A DNA stretch of 64,000 bases from Polymyxa betae A26-41 (Eukaryota > Protista > Endomyxa: Phytomyxea), in contig RBZT01000278.1 in NCBI GenBank assembly GCA_003693705.1, forward strand, positions 69,347-133,346, given 5' to 3'. Of the stretch, positions 1 to 16,901 are shown in pieces. Positions within the stretch are counted from its first letter, which is position 1. Every line of letters begins with the position of its first letter. The position numbers and the translations under genes were made by a program. Below the pieces are notes generated by a model, which searched no databases, was not told where the DNA came from, and saw only the letters and a list, made by a program, of their open reading frames with translations.

Positions 1-245
1 TGCAAGCATGTGTCATGCCATGGCCAGAACAACTAAATGACACCCAACTTCTATCAGACGCCTTACTATCTGCCTGGTCCTATTTGTCTGCAATGAACCA
101 ACTACAATTCGACAGATTACTCTTACACTATACAGAGAAGCATTCATTACGTCTCAAAGCCCGAAATGTTCGAATGAAACGGGATCTTGACACAGTAGAA
201 TCCCGGCTGAAAGCATATTTATCAACATTAAAAGATGAACTTTAA
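1..245 (+). CDS. 3' end of a hypothetical protein, probably entering from outside the window (C-terminal coiled coil)
   Basis: ORF 15-245 ends TAA; heptad-like LKARNVRMKRDLDTVESRLKAYL; no family recognised. Confidence 0.45.
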   Translation, partial: QACVMPWPEQLNDTQLLSDALLSAWSYLSAMNQLQFDRLLLHYTEKHSLRLKARNVRMKRDLDTVESRLKAYLSTLKDEL

Positions 246-393
246 CGACTTCAGCACAAACTGACCTACTGCTTTTACAACGTTAAGTATTCGCCATAAT
301 GTAGTGGGAGAATTTCATAAACTTTCAGAATGGGTTTATAATTGAAGGGTCATTTGTCATATGATGTTAATTGCGAAGTGTTCAGATGATTTT

Positions 394-2054
394 ATGGACC
401 CTTCATGTTTGACCTTTGATATTACTGGCCGTTTCATATCACTATTGGAATCGTCATCATGCCCCGAGCAATGCAAATTCGTCGCAGCTAAAGCTTATTT
501 ACTTCCGCTTGCAGGTTGTCGTTTCTGGGCTTTATGATGGTCATTGATAAGCGTGCTGTGCTAGGCAACCCTGATGCCTTGGTAGATCGATACGATGTCC
601 GACATTCAATGGAACCAAATCAGTTTGCAGCTATCAAACAGTTTAAGCAAAAGCGCTGTGACATGGACGTTTATCTGCAAGATGATGATGCTGAACTTTC
701 TCAGGAACAGATCGACGAAATTCAGAACGAGCGTTATACAGATTCGTTTGGTATTGTTTCAGTCACGACGTCATTATTTTTTTATGATTGTTTGCTGCAG
801 CATCGCACGACGATCAATTCGGTTCTGTCTCTAATTCTGAAGAAGAGCAAGATATTCCTTCTCACTCGGAGCCGACGCCTCCATTTATCCATCCTTCGAG
901 GATGATAATGCAGCTACAAGAAACTGCTGCAGATTCTAAAGTTGCAGACTCAGCAGAAGCCAACTTTTCTCCATCGTTTTCAGTTCCTGAACATATTACC
1001 ACGATCGTATGCTGCCATTGTCACTATTTAAACCGTAATAATTCTGTTAGCCTAGAACGTTAGATGAGCATTCTCTGATTGAGAAAACTGCAACGTTTGC
1101 TCGAACGAAAGGGCCTCAGCCTGAAATCTTGCTTAAAGTCAAACAGGTGGTTTTGCTTCTCTCAATCTCGTCACATTTGACGTGCTACAGGCCGGGAACC
1201 CAAAATTCGCATTCCTACAGCCCGATCATTGCCTTCATGAATATTATGAATATTTAAAGAGCACAGGCTTCAAACATCATGAAGCTTCTTCTGATCAGAT
1301 TGTCAACAGCGAATCAAATTCCTTGGCTCATCAAGCTGTCCTCGTTTCAAACAAGGACACGCATCAGATATCTCTTCTTGATAACGATCCTTTAACTTCT
1401 CAGATTGCTGATATTAAACGACGTCTGCTGCCTTCTACCGATGATTGTCCTATCAATATTCCTGGTCAAAAGACTCGGCTGGTTATGCAGAGGCTAACTG
1501 ATTACATCGTTCAATGCGGGATCTGGTTTGAGGCTGCTGTTCAAGAACGCCACGTTCAAGGAGACCATCTAAGCTTTCTGGAGCCTGACAATCCGTATCA
1601 CTCCTTTTACCTCAAGCTCAAACGTAATGCTGTTCTAGCTGCTGCCTCTGCAACAAGTAAGTTATCTTTAAGTGAAATATTGATTCAATGCTGATCGTTT
1701 TTGAAAGGGGTCTCTCAGGATCAGGTGAGAGTTGTGAACAGTGCTTTTAACCATCAATTTGGTTCAAAGCTATTTTAAACAGACTCGCTTCTTCTCTTAA
1801 TTCTCACTTTATTCATACCATCGTCAAAAGTGCCTGCAAATTCTGATTTCGTGTTCTTAGTTGAATCACAGGTCAATGGTCAGATCGCTGATCCATCAAG
1901 TAATTTTTGTAATGAACTTAGATCCAGAAGCAGACCACTGTCTCTCAATTACTCCAGATCAGATTCTGAATCTAGCGAAAGACCGCGTCGAAGACGGCGA
2001 TACTCGTCTGCATCTAAATCACCAGATTATTACAGGAGGCGCCGAAAGAGGTAG
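394..2054 (+). CDS. SFSWAP: SWAP/suppressor-of-white-apricot-like splicing regulator (DRY_EERY + two SURP domains + RS-like tail), multi-exon
   Basis: Spliced N-terminus MDPSCLTFDITG...LLPLAG|NPDALVDRYDVRH...EIQNERY (DRY_EERY); SURP1 IEKTATFARTKGPQPEILLKVKQ|AGNPKFAFLQPDHCLHEYY; SURP2 LSFLEPDNPYHSFY; Arg/Ser-rich end; 3' end uncertain. Confidence 0.85.
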
Positions 2055-2218
2055 AGTAATAAAATACAAAATTCAAGGACGTGAGAAGGGTGACATTCAC
2101 ATGTCCTTAGACTGAGTGTTATCTGTCAGATATTCATTTAATGATCATCACGGCTGTGTGACAAATGGGTTCCATTCTTCTATTCATTTAGCATTCATCA
2201 GAAATCCCTCCCGTAATC

Positions 2219-3427
2219 ATGAACACCACCTCGACGAATTTGACATCCGAGCATGATGCTCTGTCAGCTGTTGACATCTCCGACTTAAGTGATGCAGAGT
2301 TAGCTTCGACAATATCACATTCACCAATCATGTTTCCTGGCGACCTGTTTAATCTCTTTGAAACAGATCCTGTCCCAACGTTCAGGTTGCCGCCAACGTT
2401 CTTGCGGCAGCACTCAATGAGTTTCGAGCTTCCGACGTCACGACGCTGTTCAGTCGAATTGAATTGCGATTCTGTTCGGTTTGAATCGTTATTGTCTCCA
2501 AATGAATTTCAGCTGCCATTACAGCTAAATGCTGATTCGACACGTCGCCAATCGCTGGCGACTGAACCATCCCGAAGAGATTCGAACGACTCTCTAATTT
2601 CGTTTTGCAACGAAGCCTTCGCTGGCAATAGGGCTCAACCTGATCTCTTCGAGTTCGAGCTGCTGATGTCACCTCGAAAAGACAATCGGAAACCGAAGTC
2701 AATTGTATTGCAATCTCAAGGCGACCTTCAAGCTCGAACCAAGGCGCTGGATGCGACCTCACAACAGAATCGGTCAGTATTGCCATCATCATCTACAAAT
2801 TTAGATATTGACAATGGAGTTTGTTTGTATCGTTCGAATACATCTTTAGATATCAGATCGTCGTCTGCATCTAAGCAGTCCTCATTGGCCTCGAAATCAT
2901 CCAAAAAACGTTCTCGTGAACCAGAAGCTACGGCAACGGTAGAAAATGCTTTTGCAAATTCAGAATGGACTGAAGAAGACTTATGTTCGGATACTGTTAT
3001 AACCTGCAATATCAACAAAGAGCATTTATCTGCTCAGAAATCAGTTCATTGCACTAATGAAGTTGTATGTTCGGGTACTGCGATGACCAGCAATATCAAT
3101 ACGAAGCATGTATCAGCGGCGATTCCATCCCGGAAACGCTGTCGTGAACCAGAAGCTACGGCGACGGTAGAGAATGCTTTTACAAATTCAGAATGGACTG
3201 AAGAAGTTTTATGTTCGGATACTGTTATAACGTGCAATATCAACAAAGAACGTGTATCTGCTCAGAAATCAATTCATTGGACTAATGAAGTGTTATGTTC
3301 GGGTACTGTTATACCCTGCAGTACCAGCACAAAGCATGAACCAGCCGCAATTCCATCCCGGAAACGCTCTCTGGACCAAAATCTACAGCATCTGTGTCGA
3401 ATGTTTTCACAAATCAGATTGGGCTGA
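2219..3427 (+). CDS. Ser-rich hypothetical protein with 76-aa internal tandem repeat
   Basis: 402-aa intronless ORF; KRSREPEATATVENAF...WTEE.LCSDTVITCNINKE occurs twice. Confidence 0.65.
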   Translation: MNTTSTNLTSEHDALSAVDISDLSDAELASTISHSPIMFPGDLFNLFETDPVPTFRLPPTFLRQHSMSFELPTSRRCSVELNCDSVRFESLLSPNEFQLPLQLNADSTRRQSLATEPSRRDSNDSLISFCNEAFAGNRAQPDLFEFELLMSPRKDNRKPKSIVLQSQGDLQARTKALDATSQQNRSVLPSSSTNLDIDNGVCLYRSNTSLDIRSSSASKQSSLASKSSKKRSREPEATATVENAFANSEWTEEDLCSDTVITCNINKEHLSAQKSVHCTNEVVCSGTAMTSNINTKHVSAAIPSRKRCREPEATATVENAFTNSEWTEEVLCSDTVITCNINKERVSAQKSIHWTNEVLCSGTVIPCSTSTKHEPAAIPSRKRSLDQNLQHLCRMFSQIRLG

Positions 3428-3530
3428 ATAAAATACACTTATCGTCTTTGAAACCATTTGGAAATCGCTCTCGTGAACCATCGACTAGAACATTGGTATC
3501 GAATGCCTCCAGGAATTCAGAATGGATCAA
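2906..3530 (+). repeat. 228-bp coding tandem repeat (2 near-perfect units plus degenerate partial copies)
   Basis: cgtgaaccagaagctacgg at 2915 and 3143 (period 228); degenerate starts at ~3362 and ~3466. Confidence 0.9.
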
Positions 3531-5681
3531 AGCAAACAGGGAAGGTATCGGAACGACAAGCTAAATCCAGAAGCCGACTCAAAGCGAAGCTTCAAGTAAC
3601 ACCAGGTTTGTTATGATTCTCTACGTTGCATTCGGCGAGGAGGAGCTACCAAACAAGTTCCAGCGCAAGATTTGTAGCAATTGACGTGGCTGAATATCGT
3701 GATATACCTTTCAATTACTCTTTAGGCTACATCGCAAGCGGATGCAGAAGAAGTGCCTTGAGACTTAAGATAATGACCAGAGCAAGATGGTCTGGGCAAA
3801 CATGTGAGAGAGAGACCTCGTAGAAACAATCAATTGCCTAACATACATGATGCATACATATCGTACATTTGCCATTTGGGTAGGCAGAGATGATGGGTCA
3901 ATGCAACAGGTCGCGTACAACTTGTATCAAGCCAAGACGAGTTCAACAATTTGATAACGGGCGACCGTTCATGTTGTCCGCTTCAGAGAATACCTTTTCT
4001 GTATGATCACATATCTCCCGGTTGGATGGCTGCTGATGGAAATCGATATTTGCTGGTACGCAACAAGGAATGAACGACGGTGAATGACATGAGGCATTCG
4101 GCAGGTGGAAATATTACTTTACTCCCCGAGTCTCTTTAGAGAAAATCCGGCCCAGCTTTGTAAAACACAGAGGAAGTCTGCTCGTAAACTCACATTTCAA
4201 ACTCATTTCAGATGCTAGATTTTTGTAGGTACGTTTCCACCTTGATTAAAGCATGGCAAAGTTTGGAAATGGAAATATCCATGAAGTTGCAGCAATCGAC
4301 TTTACAGACTCTTCTTCTGACAAAGCTAAAGCAGAACTTGGGTTTTGCATACTCTACAGTATAGGCGGTGTAAGTCAAAGATTTGGATGCAGGGCTTAGC
4401 AGATGCAGCATATACAGTGAACAGATCGATTTTCGCCAACGTCTACCTGATGCAAGCTTAAAGATTCTTAACTTCCAAAACTGCTCATTGTGCCCTGTGT
4501 AACCAGAAGCAATCACCAACGATTTTGCAACATGGAGGCAAATTCCAGATGATTTAGATTCGGAGTTACAAGTAAAATCAGAAAGTTCTGATGAAAAAAA
4601 TATATACAAAGGCCAGCATGCAAACAATTGAAGACGTAATTGGAGAAAAGGCAACCTTTTAGAATGATACTGAGTCTGGATTAATCAGGATATCTAGCAA
4701 TGCAAGGTAAGTTCAGTAAGTGGCCCATGGTTGAACTCGTTATATATGGCATAGTGGATATGTACAATACAGTGTTGAGACCACAATGGGATATTAAGCA
4801 ACAATCATATGATGAGATTCTGAAACAGCAACCTCAGCTCCGAAATCAGACTATTCATTCTTGTATCAGCATCAGAAATGTCAAAATTCGGGCTTTGTGA
4901 TGTCATATCAGTATAGAAAGCCAGTAACTACATTCAAGCTTACGTTAGAAGCTTCAGATCGAGGCAAATCAACTCACATAATCGCCGAGTTCGTAGCATG
5001 AGAACATGACATTACTGCCTTGAACATGAAGAATTGGGCAAGACGTTTGGTTTAAAGCAAGCCCTAATCGAATTCAATTCGAGGGGCCACTTACGATTCC
5101 TGTTCAAATAATACCGAAATTTTCGGCAGCTCTTTTCAGGGATGCAATAGGGACGACAAGATCATTAACGCGATTGTCATAGTTCTTGACCTGTTGAGCT
5201 CTGAAGTTATATTAACAAATACAGCATATTTGAGGATAATATTCCGAAACATTCCAGAAAGACGTCGGTTGTAAAAAGCGGATGTATTACATGAGCATCC
5301 CAGATCGTGTCAAAACACAAGACGCAGTGGTATTGGGGAAGATGCTATCAATCTGCTTTAGCTTGGTCTGTATCTGCTTGGATACTTGAGCAGAGAATCC
5401 ACTGGAACGACGACAGCACATTAAGAGCTGTACGAAGTTGAGATATTGCAGTCTGAATGTCTGATAGTCTTTTTATAGTGAGAAAAATTTACTCCGCATA
5501 CTACCGGTTAGAAACATCTTCTGATAGTCAGAAATGGATTAGGGTTGACCTATACAGAACGATTGAGTTAGAAGATGCCAATAGAAAACTGAACAACTTA
5601 ATATGGGACGAGACAGAGACTTTCTGTTATTGGCAATTTGTGGTTTATAATTAAACATTATTAGGGTTCAAACAGATGATC

Positions 5682-9989
<4,308 letters not shown>

Positions 9990-10252
9990 GGCTCTTAAAG
10001 CTCTAGGTTTCGAGCCAGAAGCTAGATTGAAACGGTACCTCCCAGTCCTAATTGAAATATCTGACCTTCCTATAAAGATTCTGAGTCAAAAAAACTCAGT
10101 TTCGTACACTGTCATTGTGGGTAAATGATACAAGAAATAAATTGAAGGGTTCTGGGTCACGTGTTGATTTAGTTATTAGCTCAACATGCGATCTAATGTA
10201 AAAACCGTATTCACTGTTATAGATTCTTATAAATCTATATAACCCAGCAAAT

Positions 10253-11343
10253 TTAAACAGAGCTTATTGACACATATTGACCAGCGACCAGTCTTTCAAA
10301 GACCTGACGCGAATCTTGATCAGCAGTCATTTTTGACACATCATCGACACTTAAGAACTGCCACAGGCAGTTGTCCAAACTGTTTGCCAGAATAATTTCA
10401 ACTTCTTGTAGAGGACACTTAGAGTGAGCTAAGACGGTGATACAGGATCCTAAATATCCTTCTTTTGGTTTGGATTTGACATTAGAACCATGTTGAACGT
10501 TTACAGCACCGATTATGTCAGGCACGATATTTAGAAATCGTTCAGCAACCCTGTTGGAACAAGTCACAAACAGATATCTACACGGAATCACAGAGCGGGA
10601 GCTCCAAATTCATACCTCTGCGAGGCGAAAGAGAGTGACTCCCCAGAGCAATAATCAGCAAACGTGGATGGAAGGCGCCAAGTATGTTCCGGCGTTTTTC
10701 TCACAACGAGAACTTTGTTATTGATTACAAGGCCAACTTGAACCGAGAGAAAATGTAGGGCAGTGGATGGCATGCTGGGCCTAAAAGATGCAGAAACTGT
10801 CTTCTCTGACATGGCATCCTTAATAACAGGTTCGATATCCATAGAAAGCAATTCAACTGATTCGGATTTCAGTTCGTCTATGGGAAACCATTTCCAATTC
10901 TTGTCATTCCATATGGTAGGAGAGCCTTCGGCTAGATCGCCAATAGCAATAAAACGAACAAAGTTACGACGTAATGATGGATAATTTTCCACAGAAGCGA
11001 TACGAACGTTAACCAGTGCAAGTTCAGTTTCCGAGAGAAAATGGCGTTTGGCCGCAGTAATTAAACACTCCCCATTCTCCACATCGCCTGAGGGGACGTA
11101 CCAGACCTTTCCAGTGTTGAAAATAGTGGATTACAAGAGCCTGCGTAAACTTACTGGATCATTTCGTGGTGGCTCTGAATTCGTAAGCAAGACTCTGTGC
11201 TTTGAATCACTAACTACAACGGCTATCATGACCGAGCTGTCATCGTAAGGAGCACCGACTTTAATAGGTTGTTTGCCGTCTTCTAGCTCTTCTTGATCAA
11301 AAAGATCGGGTGGTGTAACAAAGTCGAATGTTTCGGTCGTCAT
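10253..11343 (-). CDS. Tandem Nudix-fold protein (NUDT18-like layout) with degenerate Nudix box
   Basis: IAVVVSDSKHRVLL...WYVPSGDVENGECLITAAKRHFLSETEL; second fold KVLVVRKTPEHTWRLPS...GESLSFASQR; two short introns inferred. Confidence 0.7.
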
Positions 11344-11502
11344 GGCACGTACAAATGCCGAAAACGGTCACCGAATGAATTCCAACATGACTTGGATCGA
11401 AAATGCGCGAAGTCTCGCAAGAAAAACACAGTTTGGATTTTTTGAAATTTTCAATCCCAATATATAGACGGTACGGTAGTCCACATAATAGCAATAAAAA
11501 CC

Positions 11503-11826
11503 CTAGTGTAAGTGTATAATCCACCTCCAGAGCAGCGCCTTCTCAGCCATCTGGTTCTGGAGCCACTGTCCTAATTGCTTACGCGCGCCTTCCAATTCGG
11601 ACAGGGTCGCCTGGCCAGGCATTACAGGAACAAGCGGCGTCGTTGCATACAACGGTGGTTGAAGTAGAAAACGCGTTGTCTTCGGTTTATAAATTTCCTT
11701 GATGTTAGTCAACAGTCGGCGCTGTATCCTTTGTGCCAATGTACAACGAGCGACAAGTGCATTAAGCACTTCAGCTGCCCTTGTTATCAAATCCAGAGCT
11801 GATAGAACGCTGGCGTGGATGATCAT
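11503..11826 (-). CDS. Small hypothetical protein
   Basis: ~107-aa ORF with helical character; no family recognised. Confidence 0.35.
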   Translation of the reverse strand: MIIHASVLSALDLITRAAEVLNALVARCTLAQRIQRRLLTNIKEIYKPKTTRFLLQPPLYATTPLVPVMPGQATLSELEGARKQLGQWLQNQMAEKALLWRWIIHLH

Positions 11827-12374
11827 AATGACCTGGTTCTCAATAGTAATTTCGGAGTGTCGCCAGACAAAGAGCAAATCGCTGCAATTTCAGTATCACA
11901 GGTTAAATCTTGAAACATTTGAGTTTTGTCTCGATACTAGTATTTATTCGGAACTTAAAAAGACTTCGCTATCAATTGGACGGCTGCAACCTGAATAATA
12001 ATAAACGGTCTGGCGATGGGCAGTAGTAAATTGCCTCGTGCTTGGCCACTGCCCGCAACTACATTAGAAAAACCAACAGATTCACAAAGAGACACCATTT
12101 TATTCACATAAAAATTCCTACTGATCCACAGGCTATAGCATAGCGAAAAAAATTCTCCAGCCTAGAACCAGAAGTAGAATCGACCGCACCTGAAAATGTC
12201 CAAATAGAGAGGGGCTGCGCAGATACTGTCATTCTGTCAAGCAGTCAAGGGCTCAAGGGTTTTACTCTGTGCCCTTCTGTACATTTACAATCATTTCTCT
12301 CATTTTATTTCCTGTCTGAATCTGCGGTTATCGGTTGCCCGATCCTCCGTTTACTTCGGCATCAACTAGCTAGA

Positions 12375-12634
12375 ATGACTCGGGGTAACCAGCGTGATAT
12401 GGATCGAGTTCGAGCTCAACGACGAGCGGCTCGAGCTCCTCAGAAGAAATCTGGGAACGATCATAAAAAGAAGGCGGAAAGGTATGCTTAAGCTGTACTG
12501 CCATTGGATGTACACCTTGGACAATATTCAATAGTGATGCCGAGATTATGAGGCAAAAATCAGCTGCCTCAGCCGCAAGAAAAGCTGAGGAAGAAGCTGC
12601 CAGACTAGCAGCGGCGATGACGAAGAAGAAATGA
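12375..12634 (+). CDS. SERF: Small EDRK-rich factor (SERF/4F5 family), missing from the ORF track
   Basis: MTRGNQRDMDRVRAQRR...KKKAE|SDAEIMRQKSAASAARKAEEE...KKK*; one GT-AG intron 12482-12534. Confidence 0.92.
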
Positions 12635-12707
12635 ACAGCTTTTCACTGTACAAGCGCCTTATTAAAATGTGAACAACCCCGATCGACTACGTTGATTTCT
12701 TGCTTTA

Positions 12708-14612
12708 TTAGCTCATGAACAACCCGTCAATAAACGTCCGGGCGATTTCATCGATGATCGAAACATCAGGAAGTGTTGCTGCCATTCCATAGATTGCAGC
12801 GGCTCCATCAGAAAAATCAGTAGGGTTACTAATTACTTGCTTAACTGAGCTGCTTAGGTCATTCACGAACTTCTGAGCCATAACCCCTCGATGCATATTT
12901 GTAACACAGATATGAACGGCTGGGGGATTCTGCAAACAGTTTAAACTCCAGCCTTTCTTTGCCATGGCTTCGTTGACGTTGTATATATTCAGCGATTTTG
13001 GATCTTTAGCAGCAAAAGCGACAACACTGACTTTAGGATCACCAAGCACCATCAATTCTTGTATTTGCTGTACACCATCGATAATAACTGTTGTGGCATC
13101 CATAATATCTCGAGCGCATGTAATATAACCTTGCTGCCCTAAGGCCATCATTGTTGCCCAGGCAGCAGCTGACAGAGCGCCTGGACGTGAACCTGCTAAA
13201 GTGGGTGATGCATATATACCCCCAGTCCAATTAACCGATGAGAAATATTGGCATCGTCGTAATTCTGTGCGGTTGTACATAATGCAGGAGATCCCTTTCG
13301 GGGCGAACCCGTATTTATGCAGGTCGCAGGAAATTGAGGTTACTCCAGGCACTGAGAAATCGAAAGGTGGGACAGGCTTGCCGATCTTTTCCAAAAAAGG
13401 AATCAGATACGATCCAAGACAGCAGTCAACGTGTAATCCGATACCGTAACAGCGAGCAATTTTGGCAATGTCTTCGATTGGATCGATGATCCCATACGGA
13501 AAACAAGGGGCACTAGCCGCGATAAGAATCGTATTGGATGTGATTAGAGAGCGAATAGCAGAGACAGAAGCACGCATGGTGTTTGGTTCCAAAGGCGAAT
13601 GGATCAGCTTGATTCCGAAGTATTGTGCAGCTTTCTCGAAAGCAGCATGAATTGAGATGGGCGCTATAATTTCCGGTCTTGTGATTCCCTTTTCCATGGC
13701 ATGATCACGATAGGCTTTACAAGCGAGAAGAATTGACTCGGTTCCACCACTTGATATCGTACCACAACCTCCTTCAGGATTAGCATGGAACAACTTAAGG
13801 GTCATGGCTATAATTTCAGCCTCCATTTTCCGAACAAAGGGAAACAGATCAGGGTGTAGAGGATTCGACAATGCGAAGCGTGAGTACACTAAACTTTTTA
13901 GAAATGTGTATCAAATGAATGGCATAACAACGTACCACTGCAAGCAAAACTTGTAAGATCATCTTGCCCATGATAAATTGCTCCTGAGACCTGATAGCAT
14001 CAGTTATTAGAACGAAAAAACTCAGTCAATACGAACTTTGCCACTGTCCCATTTTCGATGTTCGATTTCGCTCCATTTATCAAGCTAAGATGTAAATTGA
14101 GTGTACAGCGAAATATATGTTGATGATACTACACCTGAGCTAATAGGAGGTCTTGATCAAAACCCTCTTCCGGTAATGTTGTATTGCTCCATTCTGACTT
14201 AGAATCTTTCTTAAGTTCGTGCTGTATTTTCTTTGCTGCTTCTGCTGTTCCTGATTCTATCTTCTGCTTTACTGAAGGAAGATGACGGATGAACTATCTT
14301 TACTTAGTCGGACTTTGGAGAAAGATATTATGAGCCTACCTTGAATATCAATTTTTTGAAAAGAGCACTAGGTTTTTTCTGCAATAATAGAAGAGCAAAA
14401 TCTCGAAACCCTCCTCGGATGTCTTGCAACTTCAAAAGAAACAGTAGAGTGAATACAGACGTCGATATCACACTAAACGCATCGAATCCCACTAATGACG
14501 AATTGATGCGATCCCTCACCCATGACCCCTGAAATACAGCCGGGACGAATTTGGCAGCCAGCAGCAGGAAGACGGCCAGGATAAGGTCGAACCTGGATAT
14601 AAGCAGTCTCAT
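12708..14612 (-). CDS. SGPL1: Sphingosine-1-phosphate lyase (PLP-dependent)
   Basis: N-terminal TM segment; SNPLHPDLFP..RKMEAE, SGGTESILLACKAYRD, HVDCCLG, SISCDLHKYGFAPKG (PLP Lys), YASPTLAGSRPG. Confidence 0.96.
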
Positions 14613-14792
14613 GATCAAAATTAACAAAGAGGTTGCTTCAAAAAGTTCGTAACATCATAGTAACAGTATTTACCTGCTAATAAAAAAGGCTCAAGCCGCA
14701 CTCAGCGATAAGAATTTATAAACGGGCTCTCTGTACTCATAAAATCTCTCTTAATTGTATTTGATCGTGAAATATTAGGGCCACGATCTTAA

Positions 14793-15077
14793 TTATTCTT
14801 CCTCCCGCTCGCCACCCGTGTCATGTTTACGAGCGCGCCCACCAGCTCGCCCGCCTTTCGACGCGATCTCCCGCACCTCCTCTTTCGGGCGATTGGCGAA
14901 GTTGCCTGGATTGACGTCTTTGCTGCCGCCCTTGTGGCCGATTTCGCTGACCTCTTCGCGAGGGCGATTCGCGAAGTTTCCTGGATTGACTTCCTTGCTG
15001 CCGCCTTTGGAACCGATCGCAGAGACCTCCTCTCGCGGGCGGTTCGCAAAGTTGCCTGGATTCGGATTCGATGTCAT
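14793..15077 (-). CDS. Con-10-like KGG-repeat stress protein, copy 1 (3 repeats)
   Basis: NPGNFANRPREEVS.IG.KGG x3; intronless, GC-rich. Confidence 0.9.
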   Translation of the reverse strand: MTSNPNPGNFANRPREEVSAIGSKGGSKEVNPGNFANRPREEVSEIGHKGGSKDVNPGNFANRPKEEVREIASKGGRAGGRARKHDTGGEREEE

Positions 15078-15082
15078 TTCGG

Positions 15083-15119
15083 AACTGAGGAACCGAGCGC
15101 GCCGATGGCGTCTTATATA
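15083..15119 (-). promoter_or_regulatory. Core promoter of KGG copy 1: TATA box plus Inr-like TCAGTT
   Basis: Minus strand TATATAAG (15112-15119) about 30 nt upstream of TCAGTT (15083-15088), just before ATG 15077. Confidence 0.6.
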
Positions 15120-16901
15120 GGCGATAGCGACTCGATCCGATGAATTTCACGAAAGGATTCATCTGCGCTCCATTACGGTTATCCAACCATTTCGTTATCG
15201 GTTATGAGCATCTCAGTGCCGATTCCGATCGAATGAATTTCCCAACAAGGTGGCTTGTGGTACCAATCCCCATTCTCGTTTAACGACCAACAGTGATTCG
15301 GAAGAGAGCGTTTGGTGGTAATTAACGATGTTTTTATGCATTCGATTTCTTTTACTTTGACAATCAAGATCCTATTCACTTCAAAGCACCATGGAGGTCC
15401 CAAACCTAATCTAAACAACCGATAACATCGATTTCCTGACAGTTACTAGAGTTTTGATTCACATCGTTATTCTGGCAAGCAGTTTATATTGTCCCTGAAA
15501 TGATTTGCGAGTCAATTAGATACTTTATAAACGTTTGCTTTTATGTAAACCAATTAATGGCATTGCGTGTTGAGAACGAATTGCCTATTAGTGAAGTAGC
15601 CATGATTTGGTGTGGCCAGATTTGTTAGCAGAAGGAGCCCACCCATACAAAACAATATGGCAGCGACTACTGGTATGAGTGAGGCTTTTTTTGTACGCCA
15701 TTTTTAAAACGCGATTCCAAAATTGACTACGGTTATCCCGCTCATCCCAGATTTTGAAACAGAATTCTGTTATTGGATTCTAACACTGATCTACTTTACG
15801 ATTTCCCATGTTTCAATCTTCAAAAAGTGACTCTTTGGCATCTAAATAAAACTAGCAGGCTCACCAATCGCGGTGAAGATGCGGAAGACCTACGAGCTCG
15901 GTTTCCACACTTGTTAGATGCCTGCATTCGTCAAGATTAACCATGGTAGCGAATGCGTTGTTCTACAAATCAGATTCAGCCCAAATTGCTGAAGATATTT
16001 GTGACTGCGACCATAGAATACCATGAATATTCACCAAATATGGATTGTATATCAGAGCAATTATTAGAATAGCATCAAATGTACTTTCAACAAAAATGAC
16101 TCGCTTGTGAAGGCATAATGTTCAGCTTAATAGAAAGTGAAAGATAATGTACAAAAACACACCTATATGGTGCCACCCATACCAAGAAATGGCATTAACA
16201 TCATCTTAAATTGTATGTTAGTAACTAGTCAAACTGATCACTTGACTTTAATCGTTTACTAACTTTAATAAGATTCCTATTAGTTTGAAACAGGTTATTA
16301 ACCAATACTTGCATTGCTTTTCCAAAGTAATGGGTAGCTCCTTTTGGTCAGCGATTCCGCTCTCATTCAGACTTAATGAAGGCCAGAAATGTTAGGGTTT
16401 TATGTTGTTGAACAAAGAACCTTTCAATGACATGACCCGTTCCTGTTAAAGATGCTATCGTAGCTCGATCTCAATCAATCCAGATTTACTCGGTTTATAT
16501 CCCAAAAGGCAGCGCCTTATGATGGATTTCGTTGGTTCTTTAATCAACAATGAAAGCTCACTGGATGACAGTAAATTCATAGTATTATTTGGTTCTAAGC
16601 ATCTGAGGTTTTACAGGGATAATATTCAAGATCCACCAACAAATTCGATAGGATTCGGTACACACCAAATAGACTGGTTTTGTGCAACCAAAGCTTCACT
16701 CACTGGTTGTGAAGATGACGTACAGTAATCGAACAATCGTCTCGATTTCACTTTCAGACGAAGCAGCTGTACGGCGGGAGAGTTAAACTCTGCAAATGAA
16801 CCAAATACTGGCTTGCTTGGTAAGCCGGATCAGAACAATATCGGAATGATTGGTTATGAAGACATTCAAATCCTGATATACCGAATTCGTCAGTTTCAAA
16901 G

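Noticed and set aside
14789-15186. Multiple overlapping alternative-frame and antisense ORFs over KGG copies 1 and 3
   Set aside because: Shadows of GC-rich repetitive coding sequence; only the KGG frame matches a known family
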